From contig JBDHJM010000004.1 of NCBI GenBank assembly GCA_039586895.1, positions 15,521-79,520 on the forward strand: 64,000 nucleotides of DNA, read 5' to 3'. Shown here one piece after another: positions 17,613-26,756 of this stretch; within the stretch, counting starts at the first letter, position 1, and each line of letters opens with the position of its first letter. Below the pieces are notes generated by a model that worked only from the letters and a program-made list of their open reading frames with translations, did no database searches and had not been told where the DNA came from. A program made the position numbers and the translations under genes. The stretch comes from Gemmatimonadota bacterium. GTDB taxonomy: Bacteria > Gemmatimonadota > Gemmatimonadetes > Gemmatimonadales > GWC2-71-9.

Positions 17613-18995
17613 ATGCCCCTATACGCCCCGGACGATCCCCGGCCCATCCATTTCATGGGGATAGCCGGCGCGGGTATGAGTGCGCTGGCGCTCATCGCCA
17701 TGCGCCGGGGGGCACATGTCACCGGTTGCGATACCCACCCAGAAGGCGCCGCCGAGCTGGCCGATCTGGGTGCGACCATATCTGCAGGGCACGATGCAAG
17801 CCACGTAAGTGGCTCGCGGGCAGTGGTTTACACGGCCGCGGTGAGGCCGGACCACCCCGAGCTCGCTGCCGCCCGGGCGGCTGACATCCCGGTCATCGGC
17901 CGGGCTGATGCCCTCGCAGAGTTGGTGCGTGGCCGCACCGTGATCGGCGTGGGCGGTACTCACGGCAAGACGACCACCACGGCGATGGTCAGCCAGGCAC
18001 TGGCCGCGGCCGGCAGGGATCCGACTGCGCTGGTGGGCGGACGGGTCGCCGCCTGGGAGGGCAACGCGCGGCTGGGGAGCGACGAGCTGTACGTCGTAGA
18101 GGCCGACGAGTACGACCGTGCACTGCTCAAGCTCGACCCGACCGTCGCGCTGATCGGCAACGTGGAAGCCGATCACCTGGAGTGCTACGAGGGTTCGGTG
18201 GATGCGCTCGAGGGCGCGTTCGCCGACTTCGCCGAGCGGGCCGAGCGCGCCGTGATCGGCGCCGACGATGCCGGGGCGAGCAGGGTCGGGCGGATCATCG
18301 ACGTCCCCGTGTGGCGCGTGGGCGTGGCGGAGGGGTGCGACCTCAGGCTGAGCGACGTGTCGCGCGAGGCGGATGCCAGCACCGCGCGGCTCACGCTGCC
18401 CGACGGGACGCGGCACCGGTTGGTGCTCCGGGTGCCCGGCCTGCACAACCTGCGCAACGCGGGTATGGCGCTCGCTGCGGCGCTGGCCGTGGGGGCCGAC
18501 GCGAAAGCGGCCCTCGAGGGATTGGCGCAGTTCGAGGGGGTGGGCCGGCGCTTCGAGGTGCTGGGCACTGCGCGGGGCGTGACGGTAGTCGACGACTACG
18601 CGCACCACCCGTCGGAAGTCGTGGCCACGCTCGCGGCGGCGCGGCAGAGCTACCCCGAGGCGCGGCTGGTGGCGGTGTTTCAACCGCACCTGTACTCGCG
18701 CACGCGGCTCATGGGGGACGCGATGGGGATCGGGCTGGCGATGGCCGACCTGGCGCTGGTCACCGACGTGTACGCCGCGCGCGAGGCGCCGATCGCGGGA
18801 GTATCGGGCAAGCAGGTGCTGAAAGCGGCGCGACGGGCCGGAGCCGAAGCGGAATGGGTACCACGGCGCGACGAGCTCACGGCGCGCCTGGCCGAGGTGG
18901 TGGCCGACGGTGACGTGGTGCTGACCCTCGGAGCGGGCGACATCACGGAAGTGGGGCGGGACCTGTTGCGCCGCCTCACGAGCGCGGCGGCGTGA
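17613..18995 (+). CDS. murC: UDP-N-acetylmuramate--L-alanine ligase MurC
   Basis: IHFMGIAGAGMSALA N-terminus and GVGGTHGKTTTTAM P-loop. Confidence 0.93.
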   Translation: MPLYAPDDPRPIHFMGIAGAGMSALALIAMRRGAHVTGCDTHPEGAAELADLGATISAGHDASHVSGSRAVVYTAAVRPDHPELAAARAADIPVIGRADALAELVRGRTVIGVGGTHGKTTTTAMVSQALAAAGRDPTALVGGRVAAWEGNARLGSDELYVVEADEYDRALLKLDPTVALIGNVEADHLECYEGSVDALEGAFADFAERAERAVIGADDAGASRVGRIIDVPVWRVGVAEGCDLRLSDVSREADASTARLTLPDGTRHRLVLRVPGLHNLRNAGMALAAALAVGADAKAALEGLAQFEGVGRRFEVLGTARGVTVVDDYAHHPSEVVATLAAARQSYPEARLVAVFQPHLYSRTRLMGDAMGIGLAMADLALVTDVYAAREAPIAGVSGKQVLKAARRAGAEAEWVPRRDELTARLAEVVADGDVVLTLGAGDITEVGRDLLRRLTSAAA

Positions 18996-19672
18996 AGCGG
19001 CGGCTCGTCCTCGCGGTGCTGGGCGCGTGCCTGGTGGCCGCAGCGGTGCTGCTGGCTCCGGTGGGACTGCGGCGGGTGGCGTTCTTCCGGGTGCGGCAGG
19101 TGGAGCTGGTCGGGCTGCGCTACCTCGCGCCCGAACAGGTGCTGGCCACGCTGCGGATCGCGCAGGACCGGCATCTGTTCGATCCGACCGGCGAGCTGGA
19201 GCAACGCGCGGCGGCGATTCCCGGCGTGCAGCGCGTGGAGCTGCGGCGCAGCCTGCCGGGGACACTGCGCCTGACGTTCGTGGAGCGCATCCCGGTGGCG
19301 TTCGCGCCGGGACCGGCGGGGCTGGTGCCGCTCGACGGCGAGGCGCGTCCGCTGCCGTACGATCCGGCGCTGACGGGATTCGAACTGCCTGTGATCGAGC
19401 GGGCCGACTCGCTGCTGACGGATGCGCTGGAGCGCGTGCACGCGGCCGACTCGGTACTGTTCCAGCGGGTGGATGCAGCGCGGCGCGGCACCGGTGCGAC
19501 CGTGGTACTTCAACTGGGGGCGAAGCAGGTGCTGCTCAGGGCCAAGCCGACGATCGAGGACATCCGCGCGGTGGAGACGGTGCGCAGGCATCTGCACCGG
19601 GCCGGCCGTGATTTCGGCACGCTCGACGCCCGATACGCGGGGTGGGTCGTCGTGCGCCGGGGGCGGGCATGA
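18992..19672 (+). CDS. ftsQ: Cell division protein FtsQ (POTRA-containing)
   Basis: N-terminal TM helix (LVLAVLGACLVAAAVLLAPV), then POTRA-like FRVRQVELVGLRYL. Sits between murC and ftsA. GTGA overlap. Confidence 0.8.
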   Translation: MKRRLVLAVLGACLVAAAVLLAPVGLRRVAFFRVRQVELVGLRYLAPEQVLATLRIAQDRHLFDPTGELEQRAAAIPGVQRVELRRSLPGTLRLTFVERIPVAFAPGPAGLVPLDGEARPLPYDPALTGFELPVIERADSLLTDALERVHAADSVLFQRVDAARRGTGATVVLQLGAKQVLLRAKPTIEDIRAVETVRRHLHRAGRDFGTLDARYAGWVVVRRGRA

Positions 19673-20892
19673 AGCGCGAGCTCCTGGTCGGGGCGCTCGA
19701 CCTCGGCAGTACGAAGACCTGCGCGATAATCGCGGAAGCCGGCGGCAACGCAAAGACACCCAAGGTGCGGGTGCTCGGCGTGGGGCTCGCGAAGACGACG
19801 GGCGTCAAGGGCGGCGCAGTGAGGGACATCGAGGAGACGGCCCGGTCGGTGGACGCGGCAATGCGCGACGCCGAGCGCATGGCCGGGGTGAAGGTGCCGA
19901 CGGTGTACTGCGGCGTGTCCGCGGCGCACGTTCGCACCAAGGTGGAAACCGGACTCGCGTCGGTGACCGGCGACGAGGTGCGGCGCCAGGACGTGGACCG
20001 CGTCGACGAGGTGGCGCGCCGCGTATCGCTGTGGGACGGATACGAGCTGATGCACTCCATCCCACTCGAGTACAAAGTCGACAACCAGGGCGCCATCAGC
20101 GACCCCGTCGGGATGACCGGCCTCAGGCTCGAGGTGGAGATGTGCCTCATCGGCGTGTACACGCAGGCCGCCCGCAACCTGGGCCGCGCCGTCAAGAAGG
20201 CCGGCTACGGAGTCGCCCAGCTGGTGCTGGAGCCGCTGGCGGCGTCGCTGGCCGTGCTCACCGAGGACGAGCGGGAGCTGGGCTGCGCGCTGGTAGACGT
20301 GGGCGGAGACGCGACCACGGTGGCGATATTTCACGAGGGCAAGCTACGCTTCGTGGATTCGCTGCCGTTCGCGGGCGCGCGGATCACGAGCGATCTGGTG
20401 CAGGGGCTGAGCGTGCCGCAGGCCGACGCCGAGCGGATCAAGGAGCGCTGGGGCTCGGCCTACACGCCGGGGGTGAACCCCGACGAGATGCTCGAGCTGC
20501 CCGGAACGCCGGGGCAGGGGGCCAGAGGTGCCAAGCGGGAGCTCATCGCGCATATCATTCAGGAGCGCGTGGACGAGATCCTCGGCTTGGTGCTCACGCA
20601 GGTGGAGACAGCGGGGTATGCGGGAAGGCTGCCCGCAGGTGTTATCCTGACGGGTGGAGGCGCCCAGCTCGCGGGGGTGGTCGAGCTGGGGCGAGAGGTG
20701 TTCGCCATGCCCGTGAGGCGTGGAGTGCCGGAGAGCGGGATTACCGGCCTCGTGGACAGTGTTCAGTCGCCGCGCTACGCGGAGCCCGTCGGGCTCGCCA
20801 TGTACGGCGCGCAGCATATTCAGGGAGACGAGTACGCCGGCGCCGGACGGCTTTTCGGCCCGGTCAAGCGCTGGCTGCAGGAGTTCTTCTAA
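19669..20892 (+). CDS. ftsA: Cell division protein FtsA
   Basis: Actin-like ATPase motifs (GALDLGSTKTCAII, VDVGGDATTVAIF, ILTGGGAQLAG). ATG 19669 overlaps the ftsQ stop (ATGA). Confidence 0.92.
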   Translation: MKRELLVGALDLGSTKTCAIIAEAGGNAKTPKVRVLGVGLAKTTGVKGGAVRDIEETARSVDAAMRDAERMAGVKVPTVYCGVSAAHVRTKVETGLASVTGDEVRRQDVDRVDEVARRVSLWDGYELMHSIPLEYKVDNQGAISDPVGMTGLRLEVEMCLIGVYTQAARNLGRAVKKAGYGVAQLVLEPLAASLAVLTEDERELGCALVDVGGDATTVAIFHEGKLRFVDSLPFAGARITSDLVQGLSVPQADAERIKERWGSAYTPGVNPDEMLELPGTPGQGARGAKRELIAHIIQERVDEILGLVLTQVETAGYAGRLPAGVILTGGGAQLAGVVELGREVFAMPVRRGVPESGITGLVDSVQSPRYAEPVGLAMYGAQHIQGDEYAGAGRLFGPVKRWLQEFF

Positions 20893-20912
20893 CCGCCGTG
20901 AACGAGGGACCC

Positions 20913-22064
20913 ATGGTCTTCGAACTCGAGGAAACGGTTTCCAAGAACGCGAACATGAAGGTGTGCGGCGTGGGCGGTGGTGGTGGCAACGCCGTGAACC
21001 GCATGATCGCGGAGCAGCTTTCCGGGTGTGAGTTCATCTCGGTCAACACCGACGCGCAGGCGCTGATGCACAACAACGCCGACGTGAAGGTGCAGATCGG
21101 CAAGAAGCTCACCCGCGGGCTGGGTGCCGGGGCCCGGCCGGAGATCGGGCGGCAGGCCATCGAGGAGAACCGGGACGACACGCTCCGGGTGCTCGAAGGC
21201 GCCGACCTGGTGTTCGTCACCTGCGGCATGGGTGGCGGCACGGGGACCGGGGCCGCTCCCATCATCGCGCAGCTCTCCCGCGACGTGGGCGCGCTCACCG
21301 TCGGCATCGTGACCAAGCCGTTCCTGTTCGAGGGACGCAAGCGGATGCGCCAGGCCGAGATCGGCATCGCCGAGATGCGCAAGCACGTCGACACCATGAT
21401 CGTGGTGCCGAACGAGCGGTTGCTGGCGGTGGTCGGCAAGAACGTCCCGTTCCAGGAGGCGCTCAAGAAGGCCGACGAAGTCCTGCTGCACGCCACACAG
21501 GGCATCTCGACGCTGATCAGCGTGACGGGGCTGGTGAACGTGGACTTCGCCGATGTGCGCACGGTGATGCAGAACGGCGGCTCGGCGCTGATGGGCATGG
21601 GCATCGGGCGCGGCGAGGACCGCGCGGTGGAGGCGGCCCAGCAGGCCATCACCAGCCCGCTGCTCGACAGCGTCTCGATCGCAGGCTCCACCGGGGTGCT
21701 CGTCAACATCACCGGCGGCGAGGACATGACTCTGGGCGAGGTCAACCAGATCAGTGAGGTGATCCACGACGCCGCCGGCGATCAGGCGGAGATCATATTC
21801 GGCGCAGTGCACGATGCGGCAATGGACGGCGAGATCCGCGTGACGGTGATCGCCACCGGGTTCGACAAGACGGCCCAGCAGCAGGAGAGCCCCTTCGCGC
21901 GCGGGGGGACGGCGGCGGGGGTGCTGCCGTTCCCGCAGCAGCAGCAGCAGCGGCCGGCCAAGCCGTTCTCCAAGCCGGCCGCCCAGCCGGCCGACCCGGG
22001 GGCCGAAGCGCCCGAGATCTCCGAGATGGAGATTCCGACCTTCATCCGGCGCCAGATGGACTGA
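20913..22064 (+). CDS. ftsZ: Cell division GTPase FtsZ
   Basis: GVGGGGGNAVNRM and tubulin signature GMGGGTGTGAAP. The conserved C-terminal peptide EIPTFIRRQ is present. Confidence 0.96.
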   Translation: MVFELEETVSKNANMKVCGVGGGGGNAVNRMIAEQLSGCEFISVNTDAQALMHNNADVKVQIGKKLTRGLGAGARPEIGRQAIEENRDDTLRVLEGADLVFVTCGMGGGTGTGAAPIIAQLSRDVGALTVGIVTKPFLFEGRKRMRQAEIGIAEMRKHVDTMIVVPNERLLAVVGKNVPFQEALKKADEVLLHATQGISTLISVTGLVNVDFADVRTVMQNGGSALMGMGIGRGEDRAVEAAQQAITSPLLDSVSIAGSTGVLVNITGGEDMTLGEVNQISEVIHDAAGDQAEIIFGAVHDAAMDGEIRVTVIATGFDKTAQQQESPFARGGTAAGVLPFPQQQQQRPAKPFSKPAAQPADPGAEAPEISEMEIPTFIRRQMD

Positions 22065-23329
22065 TGCGGCGGCAGGCACTTCCGCTGGCCGTCGTCGTGC
22101 TGGCGCTGATCGTGACGCTGGTGTGGACGGCGGGGGAGGCGTGGTCCGACCGACCGCTGCCCGTGGCGGCTCCCATAGTGGTCACCACGGCCTACATGGA
22201 GCGTGCCGATACGCTGCGCCGCAACGAATTCCCCCAGACCCTCTTCGCGCGCCACAACATCGCAGGGAACGATCTGGTCGCCCTGCTCGACGCGGCCGAC
22301 GGCATCAACTGGCGCCGCGTCAAGGCGGGCCAGGTGTTCGGCTTCCGTTACGCCATCGGGTCGGAGACACCCGACCGCGTCACCATGCGGCTGGGAGACG
22401 AGCGCATCCTCGTGCTGCGCCGCGACTCGGGCGCGGCGTGGCGCGGCGAGTCGGAGGAGATCCTGTGGTCGGTGGAGGTGCGCAGGGTGGCGGGGATCAT
22501 CGAGTCGTCCCTGTACGAAGCCATGGAGGAGTACATACCGGACTCCGTCCTCTCCCCCGAGCAGCGGCGCCTCCTGGTTTGGGATCTGGGTGACGGCGTG
22601 TACGGATGGGTGGTGGACTTCACGCGTGACAACTATCCGGGCGACCACTTCACGGTGCTGTACGAGCGGCTCACGTCGCCGCTCGGGGACGTGCGCTACG
22701 GGCGCGTTCTCGCCGCCAGAGTGGAGACGCGCGGCGAGGAGAACACGGCCTACGTGATCACGGGACGGGACGGGCTCAACCACTACTACGATGCCGAGGG
22801 ACGCTCGCTCAAGCGCGCGTTCAAGCTCTATCCGGTGGCGTTCAAGTACATCTCCTCGGGTTTCTCGCGCAGCCGGTTCCATCCCATCCTCAAGACGAGG
22901 CGTCCCCATCTGGGCGTCGACTACGCCGCGCGCCGGGGCACCGACGTGGTCGCGACCGGTGACGGGGTCGTCACGCGCGCGGGCACGTGGGGCGGCTACG
23001 GGAGGGTGGTGGTCATCAGGCATCCCAAGGACATCGAGACCCGCTACGCACACCTCGACCGCATTGCGTCGGGCATCCGGGCGGGCGTTCGCGTGACTCA
23101 GGGCCAGCGCATCGGGTTTGCCGGCATGACCGGTCTCGCCAGCGCTCCCCACGTGCACTACGAATTCATCAAGAACGGCCGTCATACCGACCCGCGGCAG
23201 GCGGCGCGCTTCGGCCAGGGAGAGCCGGTGCCCGCAGAGCGCCGCGCAGAGTTCGAGAGCATCCGCATCTACTACGACCGTCTCCTCGACTACCGTCCCC
23301 GTCCCCCGCTCGCCGCGAGCAGCGACTGA
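22064..23329 (+). CDS. M23 family peptidoglycan metalloendopeptidase (MepM/NlpD-like)
   Basis: N-terminal TM or signal region. M23 motifs HLGVDYAA ... GT.V.A..DG.V and SAPHVHYEF. The start ATG shares one base with the ftsZ stop (TGATG). Confidence 0.85.
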   Translation: MRRQALPLAVVVLALIVTLVWTAGEAWSDRPLPVAAPIVVTTAYMERADTLRRNEFPQTLFARHNIAGNDLVALLDAADGINWRRVKAGQVFGFRYAIGSETPDRVTMRLGDERILVLRRDSGAAWRGESEEILWSVEVRRVAGIIESSLYEAMEEYIPDSVLSPEQRRLLVWDLGDGVYGWVVDFTRDNYPGDHFTVLYERLTSPLGDVRYGRVLAARVETRGEENTAYVITGRDGLNHYYDAEGRSLKRAFKLYPVAFKYISSGFSRSRFHPILKTRRPHLGVDYAARRGTDVVATGDGVVTRAGTWGGYGRVVVIRHPKDIETRYAHLDRIASGIRAGVRVTQGQRIGFAGMTGLASAPHVHYEFIKNGRHTDPRQAARFGQGEPVPAERRAEFESIRIYYDRLLDYRPRPPLAASSD

Positions 23330-23353
23330 CCCTCTTTGCGGGTATAACTAGGC

Positions 23354-24049
23354 GTGGACATCTACCCTGCGATCGACATCGAGGGCGGCCGCCTGGCGCG
23401 CGCGCCCGTTAAGCCAGCCGGCGGCGCCTCCGATCCGGTCGCACGCGCCGAGGCGTTCCGCGCCGAGGGGGCGGCGTGGATCCACGTGGTCGACCTGGAT
23501 CGCGCCTTTGGCCGGGGCGACAACGGCGCGCTGGTGCGGCGAGTGTGCGCGGTTTCCGGTGTCGCCGTGCAGGTGGGCGGCAACGTGGACGACTCCGGCT
23601 GGGCGCGGGAGCTGGTCGATGCGGGAGCCGCGCGGGTCGTGTTCGGCCTGGCCGCGGCGCTCGACCCGGAGCTTCTGGGGCGGCTGGTGGCGGCCGTGGG
23701 GGCGCCGCGCGCCGCCGTGGCGATCGACGTGCGCGACGGAGTCCCGACGCTGCGCGCCTCCGGGCCCGTCTCCTTCCCACTGGCCGACATCGCGGAACGC
23801 GTGCGGCAAGCCGGCGTAGAGACGGTGGTTCACCGCGACCTGGACAGGGACGGTGCGCTGTCGGGGGCCGACGTGGGGGCCGCCGCGGCGCTCGCGGGGA
23901 GCGGGCTCCGAGTGATAGCCGCAGGAGGGGTGGCGTCGCTGCGGGAGCTGGAGCGGGCGGCCACGAGCGCGCTGTCGGGGATGATCGTGGGCCGCGCTCT
24001 GCTCGAGGGGGTGTTCACGCTGCGGGAGGCGATCGCGTGCTCGGCGTGA
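23354..24049 (+). CDS. hisA: HisA/PriA-like (beta/alpha)8 phosphoribosyl isomerase homolog
   Basis: IYPAIDIEGGR, VVDLDRAFG, QVGGN, HRDLDRDGALSG, AAGGVASL and IVGRALLEG match the HisA pattern. No other his genes are in the window. GTG start. Confidence 0.75.
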   Translation: MDIYPAIDIEGGRLARAPVKPAGGASDPVARAEAFRAEGAAWIHVVDLDRAFGRGDNGALVRRVCAVSGVAVQVGGNVDDSGWARELVDAGAARVVFGLAAALDPELLGRLVAAVGAPRAAVAIDVRDGVPTLRASGPVSFPLADIAERVRQAGVETVVHRDLDRDGALSGADVGAAAALAGSGLRVIAAGGVASLRELERAATSALSGMIVGRALLEGVFTLREAIACSA

Positions 24050-25866
24050 CTCTCGCAGTCCTGGCCTGCGCGGCGGTGGCGGGTGCCGTCTACTTGGGGC
24101 GCGAGCGGCTCGGGCCCGAGGGTGTCGGCATGGCGCTGCTGCGCACCGCGGGACTGGGTGCACTCGTTCTCATGCTCATCAACCCGACGCGAACGGCGCG
24201 CGTCGCAGGTGGCTCGGCCACGGTGCTGCTCGACGCATCGCTCAGCATGGCGGCGGCGGGCGGACGCTGGACCGAGGCGCTCGACAGCGCGCTCTCGCTC
24301 GCGGGTGAGAGCGGTGAGGTACTGCGCTTCGGCGTCGCAGTGACTCCCCTCGACACCCTGCCGCCGGGTGACGGCATCTCCCGGATCGGAGCGGGCCTCA
24401 CGCAGGCCGGCGCCCGCGGCGGGCCGGTGGTTGTCGTGACCGACGGAGAGCTGGCCGATGCAGCCGCGCTCCCTCCCTCCCTCGTGGCCGGCGCGACGTG
24501 GGTCGTGCTGCCGCGCGACACGCTGCCCGGTGCGGGACTGCTGGAAGCGGTGCTGCCGGAGCAGGTGGCTCCGGATGACTCGATCCCCATCAGACTCACG
24601 CTGGGCACCTGGGGCGCTCTCGCCGCGCGCAGCGCCACGGTCGAGCTGCGCGAGGGGGAGCGCCGCCTGCTGGCGCGGGACGTCGAGCTGCCGCCGCCCC
24701 CCGCGGTGGCACAGCGCCGCATCGTGCTTGCACCGGGAACGCTGGGCCGCGGCGACCACGTGCTGCACCTGCGCGTGACGGCGGCGGGCGACGCGGAGCC
24801 GCGCGACGACGAGCGTATCCGCGTCGTAACGGTGTCGGAGGAGCCCGCAGTGGCCGTGATCGTGGACCCGCCGGACTGGGAGGGCCGATTCCTGGTCCAG
24901 GCCCTCGGTGAAGTGACCGGCAGTGCGGTGCGCGGATATGCTCGGCCCGACTCGGCGCGTTGGGTGGACATGAGGACCCTGGAGCCGGTGCCGGAGCGCT
25001 CGGTTCGGACGGCGGCGCGCCGGGCCGCTCTGCTCGTGCTGCGCGGCAGCCGCGAGCATCCCTTCTTGATCGACCGTGCCGGGCCCGTGTGGCACTGGCC
25101 GGCGGGCAGCGACACCCTGGTGGAGCTGTTTGCAGGCGACTGGTACGTGCGGCGCACGGTGCCCGCGTCACCGCTGGCCGGCCGCCTCGCCGGGGTGGCG
25201 TGGGATTCCCTGCCTCCTCTCACCGGGGTGGTGCCACTGGCTCCGGCCGAAGAAGAGTGGACGGCGCTGGCCGCACGCCAGGGACGCCGCGGCGTGGCAC
25301 GCGCGGTGCTGGTGGGCACCCAGGTAGATGGCCGGCGCGAGCTCACCACCGCGGGTGCGGGGCTGTGGCGCTGGGGGTTCCGCGGCGGGGCACCGCGTGA
25401 GGCGTATCGCGCGTTCGTTGCAGCCGGTGTGGACTGGCTGCTGCGCTCCGCGGTGACTCCGCGCGCCGCGCCGCTCACGGCGAGCCGGGTGGTGCCGCGC
25501 GGTATCCCCGCTGCATTCCGTTGGAGCGCGGCAGAGGTGCCTGACTCTGCGGAGGTGGTGGTTGCGGGCGACAGCGTGCAGCGCGTGACCCTGCGGTTCG
25601 ACCCCGACGGACTCGCGCAGGTAGCTTTGGAGCCGGGTGTGTATCGCTGGTCGACTGCGGCAGCGGGAGGCGCGCGCGGCGTGACGGTGGTGGAGTCCTA
25701 TTCGAGCGAGTACCCGCCGGCGCCCGTGATGGCGCCCCCGGAGGGACCCGCGGCCGGCTTCCGCGTTGTCGAGCTGGCGGCGCGCCGGCAGTGGTGGCTC
25801 TTCCTCGTGGTCGTGCTCGCGCTTTCGGGGGAGTGGGCGTGGCGCCAGCGGCGGGGGCTGCCGTGA
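24037..25866 (+). CDS. Double-anchored membrane protein with degenerate vWA/BatA-like N-terminal region
   Basis: Two N-terminal TM helices, a DxSxS MIDAS-like motif (LLDASLSM), VVVVTDGE, and a C-terminal TM helix (WWLFLVVVLALSGEW). GTG 24037 overlaps the hisA-like 3' end by 13 nt. Confidence 0.55.
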   Translation: MLGVTLAVLACAAVAGAVYLGRERLGPEGVGMALLRTAGLGALVLMLINPTRTARVAGGSATVLLDASLSMAAAGGRWTEALDSALSLAGESGEVLRFGVAVTPLDTLPPGDGISRIGAGLTQAGARGGPVVVVTDGELADAAALPPSLVAGATWVVLPRDTLPGAGLLEAVLPEQVAPDDSIPIRLTLGTWGALAARSATVELREGERRLLARDVELPPPPAVAQRRIVLAPGTLGRGDHVLHLRVTAAGDAEPRDDERIRVVTVSEEPAVAVIVDPPDWEGRFLVQALGEVTGSAVRGYARPDSARWVDMRTLEPVPERSVRTAARRAALLVLRGSREHPFLIDRAGPVWHWPAGSDTLVELFAGDWYVRRTVPASPLAGRLAGVAWDSLPPLTGVVPLAPAEEEWTALAARQGRRGVARAVLVGTQVDGRRELTTAGAGLWRWGFRGGAPREAYRAFVAAGVDWLLRSAVTPRAAPLTASRVVPRGIPAAFRWSAAEVPDSAEVVVAGDSVQRVTLRFDPDGLAQVALEPGVYRWSTAAAGGARGVTVVESYSSEYPPAPVMAPPEGPAAGFRVVELAARRQWWLFLVVVLALSGEWAWRQRRGLP

Positions 25867-26756
25867 GGGGCGGGCTGTGGCGCCGCATCAAGGAGGTGGC
25901 GCTCACCGACGTGTCGGTTCTGGTGAAGGGAATGGACCACGACACGCTGGAGGACGTGGAGCGCATTCTGGTGGAGGCCGACTTCGGCTCGGTCGGCCTG
26001 GAGCTCGCAGAAGAGCTGGAGCAGCAGCTGCGTCGCGGCAAACTGAAGAACGAGCCTGCGGCCCGGGCGTGGCTCGCCGGACGCATCGCTGCCTATCTCC
26101 CCGAGGGGCACGCGCCCGACTTGAACCTCGGCGACGGCATGGGGCCGGCCGTCATCCTGGTGCTCGGTGTGAACGGGGTGGGAAAGACGACGGTCATCGC
26201 GCGGCTCGCGCGCCGTCTCGCCGGGCAGGGCAAGAGCGTGCTGCTGGCCGCCGCCGATACCTACCGCGCCGGCGCCAGCGAGCAGCTCGAGGTGTGGGCC
26301 GAGCGGCTCGGGGTGCCGTGCGTAACCGGATCCAAGAAGGGGGATCCCGCAGCCGTTGCCTTCGACGCGGTGGAGGCTGCGCAGGCGCGCGGCATCGACG
26401 TGGTGCTGGTCGACACGGCGGGCCGGCTGCACACGCACGACGATCTGATGGAGGAGCTCAAGAAGATCGCGCGCGTGGTGGGCCGTAAACAGGACGGCGC
26501 GCCGCACGAGAGCCTGCTCGTGCTCGACGGTACCGTGGGCCAGAACGCGCTGCAGCAGGGTAGGGCGTTCTCGGCCGCCGTGCCCGTGACCGGGCTCGTA
26601 ATCACGAAGCTGGACGGGACCGCCAAGGGCGGAGCGGTGGTGCGGCTGCGCCACGAGCTGGGGCTCCCCATCGTATTCGTGGGCGTGGGTGAGGGGCTCG
26701 AGGATCTCGAGGTGTTCGACCCGGAGAGCTTCACAGAGCGAATGCTGTCCGACTGA
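25863..26756 (+). CDS. ftsY: Signal recognition particle receptor FtsY (short form, NG domain only)
   Basis: GVNGVGKTTVIARLA, DTAGRLH and TKLDGTAKGG motifs. GTG 25863 overlaps the previous stop (GTGA). Confidence 0.92.
   Translation: MRGGLWRRIKEVALTDVSVLVKGMDHDTLEDVERILVEADFGSVGLELAEELEQQLRRGKLKNEPAARAWLAGRIAAYLPEGHAPDLNLGDGMGPAVILVLGVNGVGKTTVIARLARRLAGQGKSVLLAAADTYRAGASEQLEVWAERLGVPCVTGSKKGDPAAVAFDAVEAAQARGIDVVLVDTAGRLHTHDDLMEELKKIARVVGRKQDGAPHESLLVLDGTVGQNALQQGRAFSAAVPVTGLVITKLDGTAKGGAVVRLRHELGLPIVFVGVGEGLEDLEVFDPESFTERMLSD

Noticed and set aside
17619-19265. 548-aa ORF on the minus strand
   Set aside because: It is antisense to murC and ftsQ. It is a shadow ORF.
19422-20912. Upstream extension of the ftsZ reading frame (ORF 19422..22064, 880 aa)
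   Set aside because: The first roughly 500 codons overlap ftsQ and ftsA in another frame and translate to Arg/Gly/Ala-rich junk. The authentic FtsZ N-terminus starts at ATG 20913.
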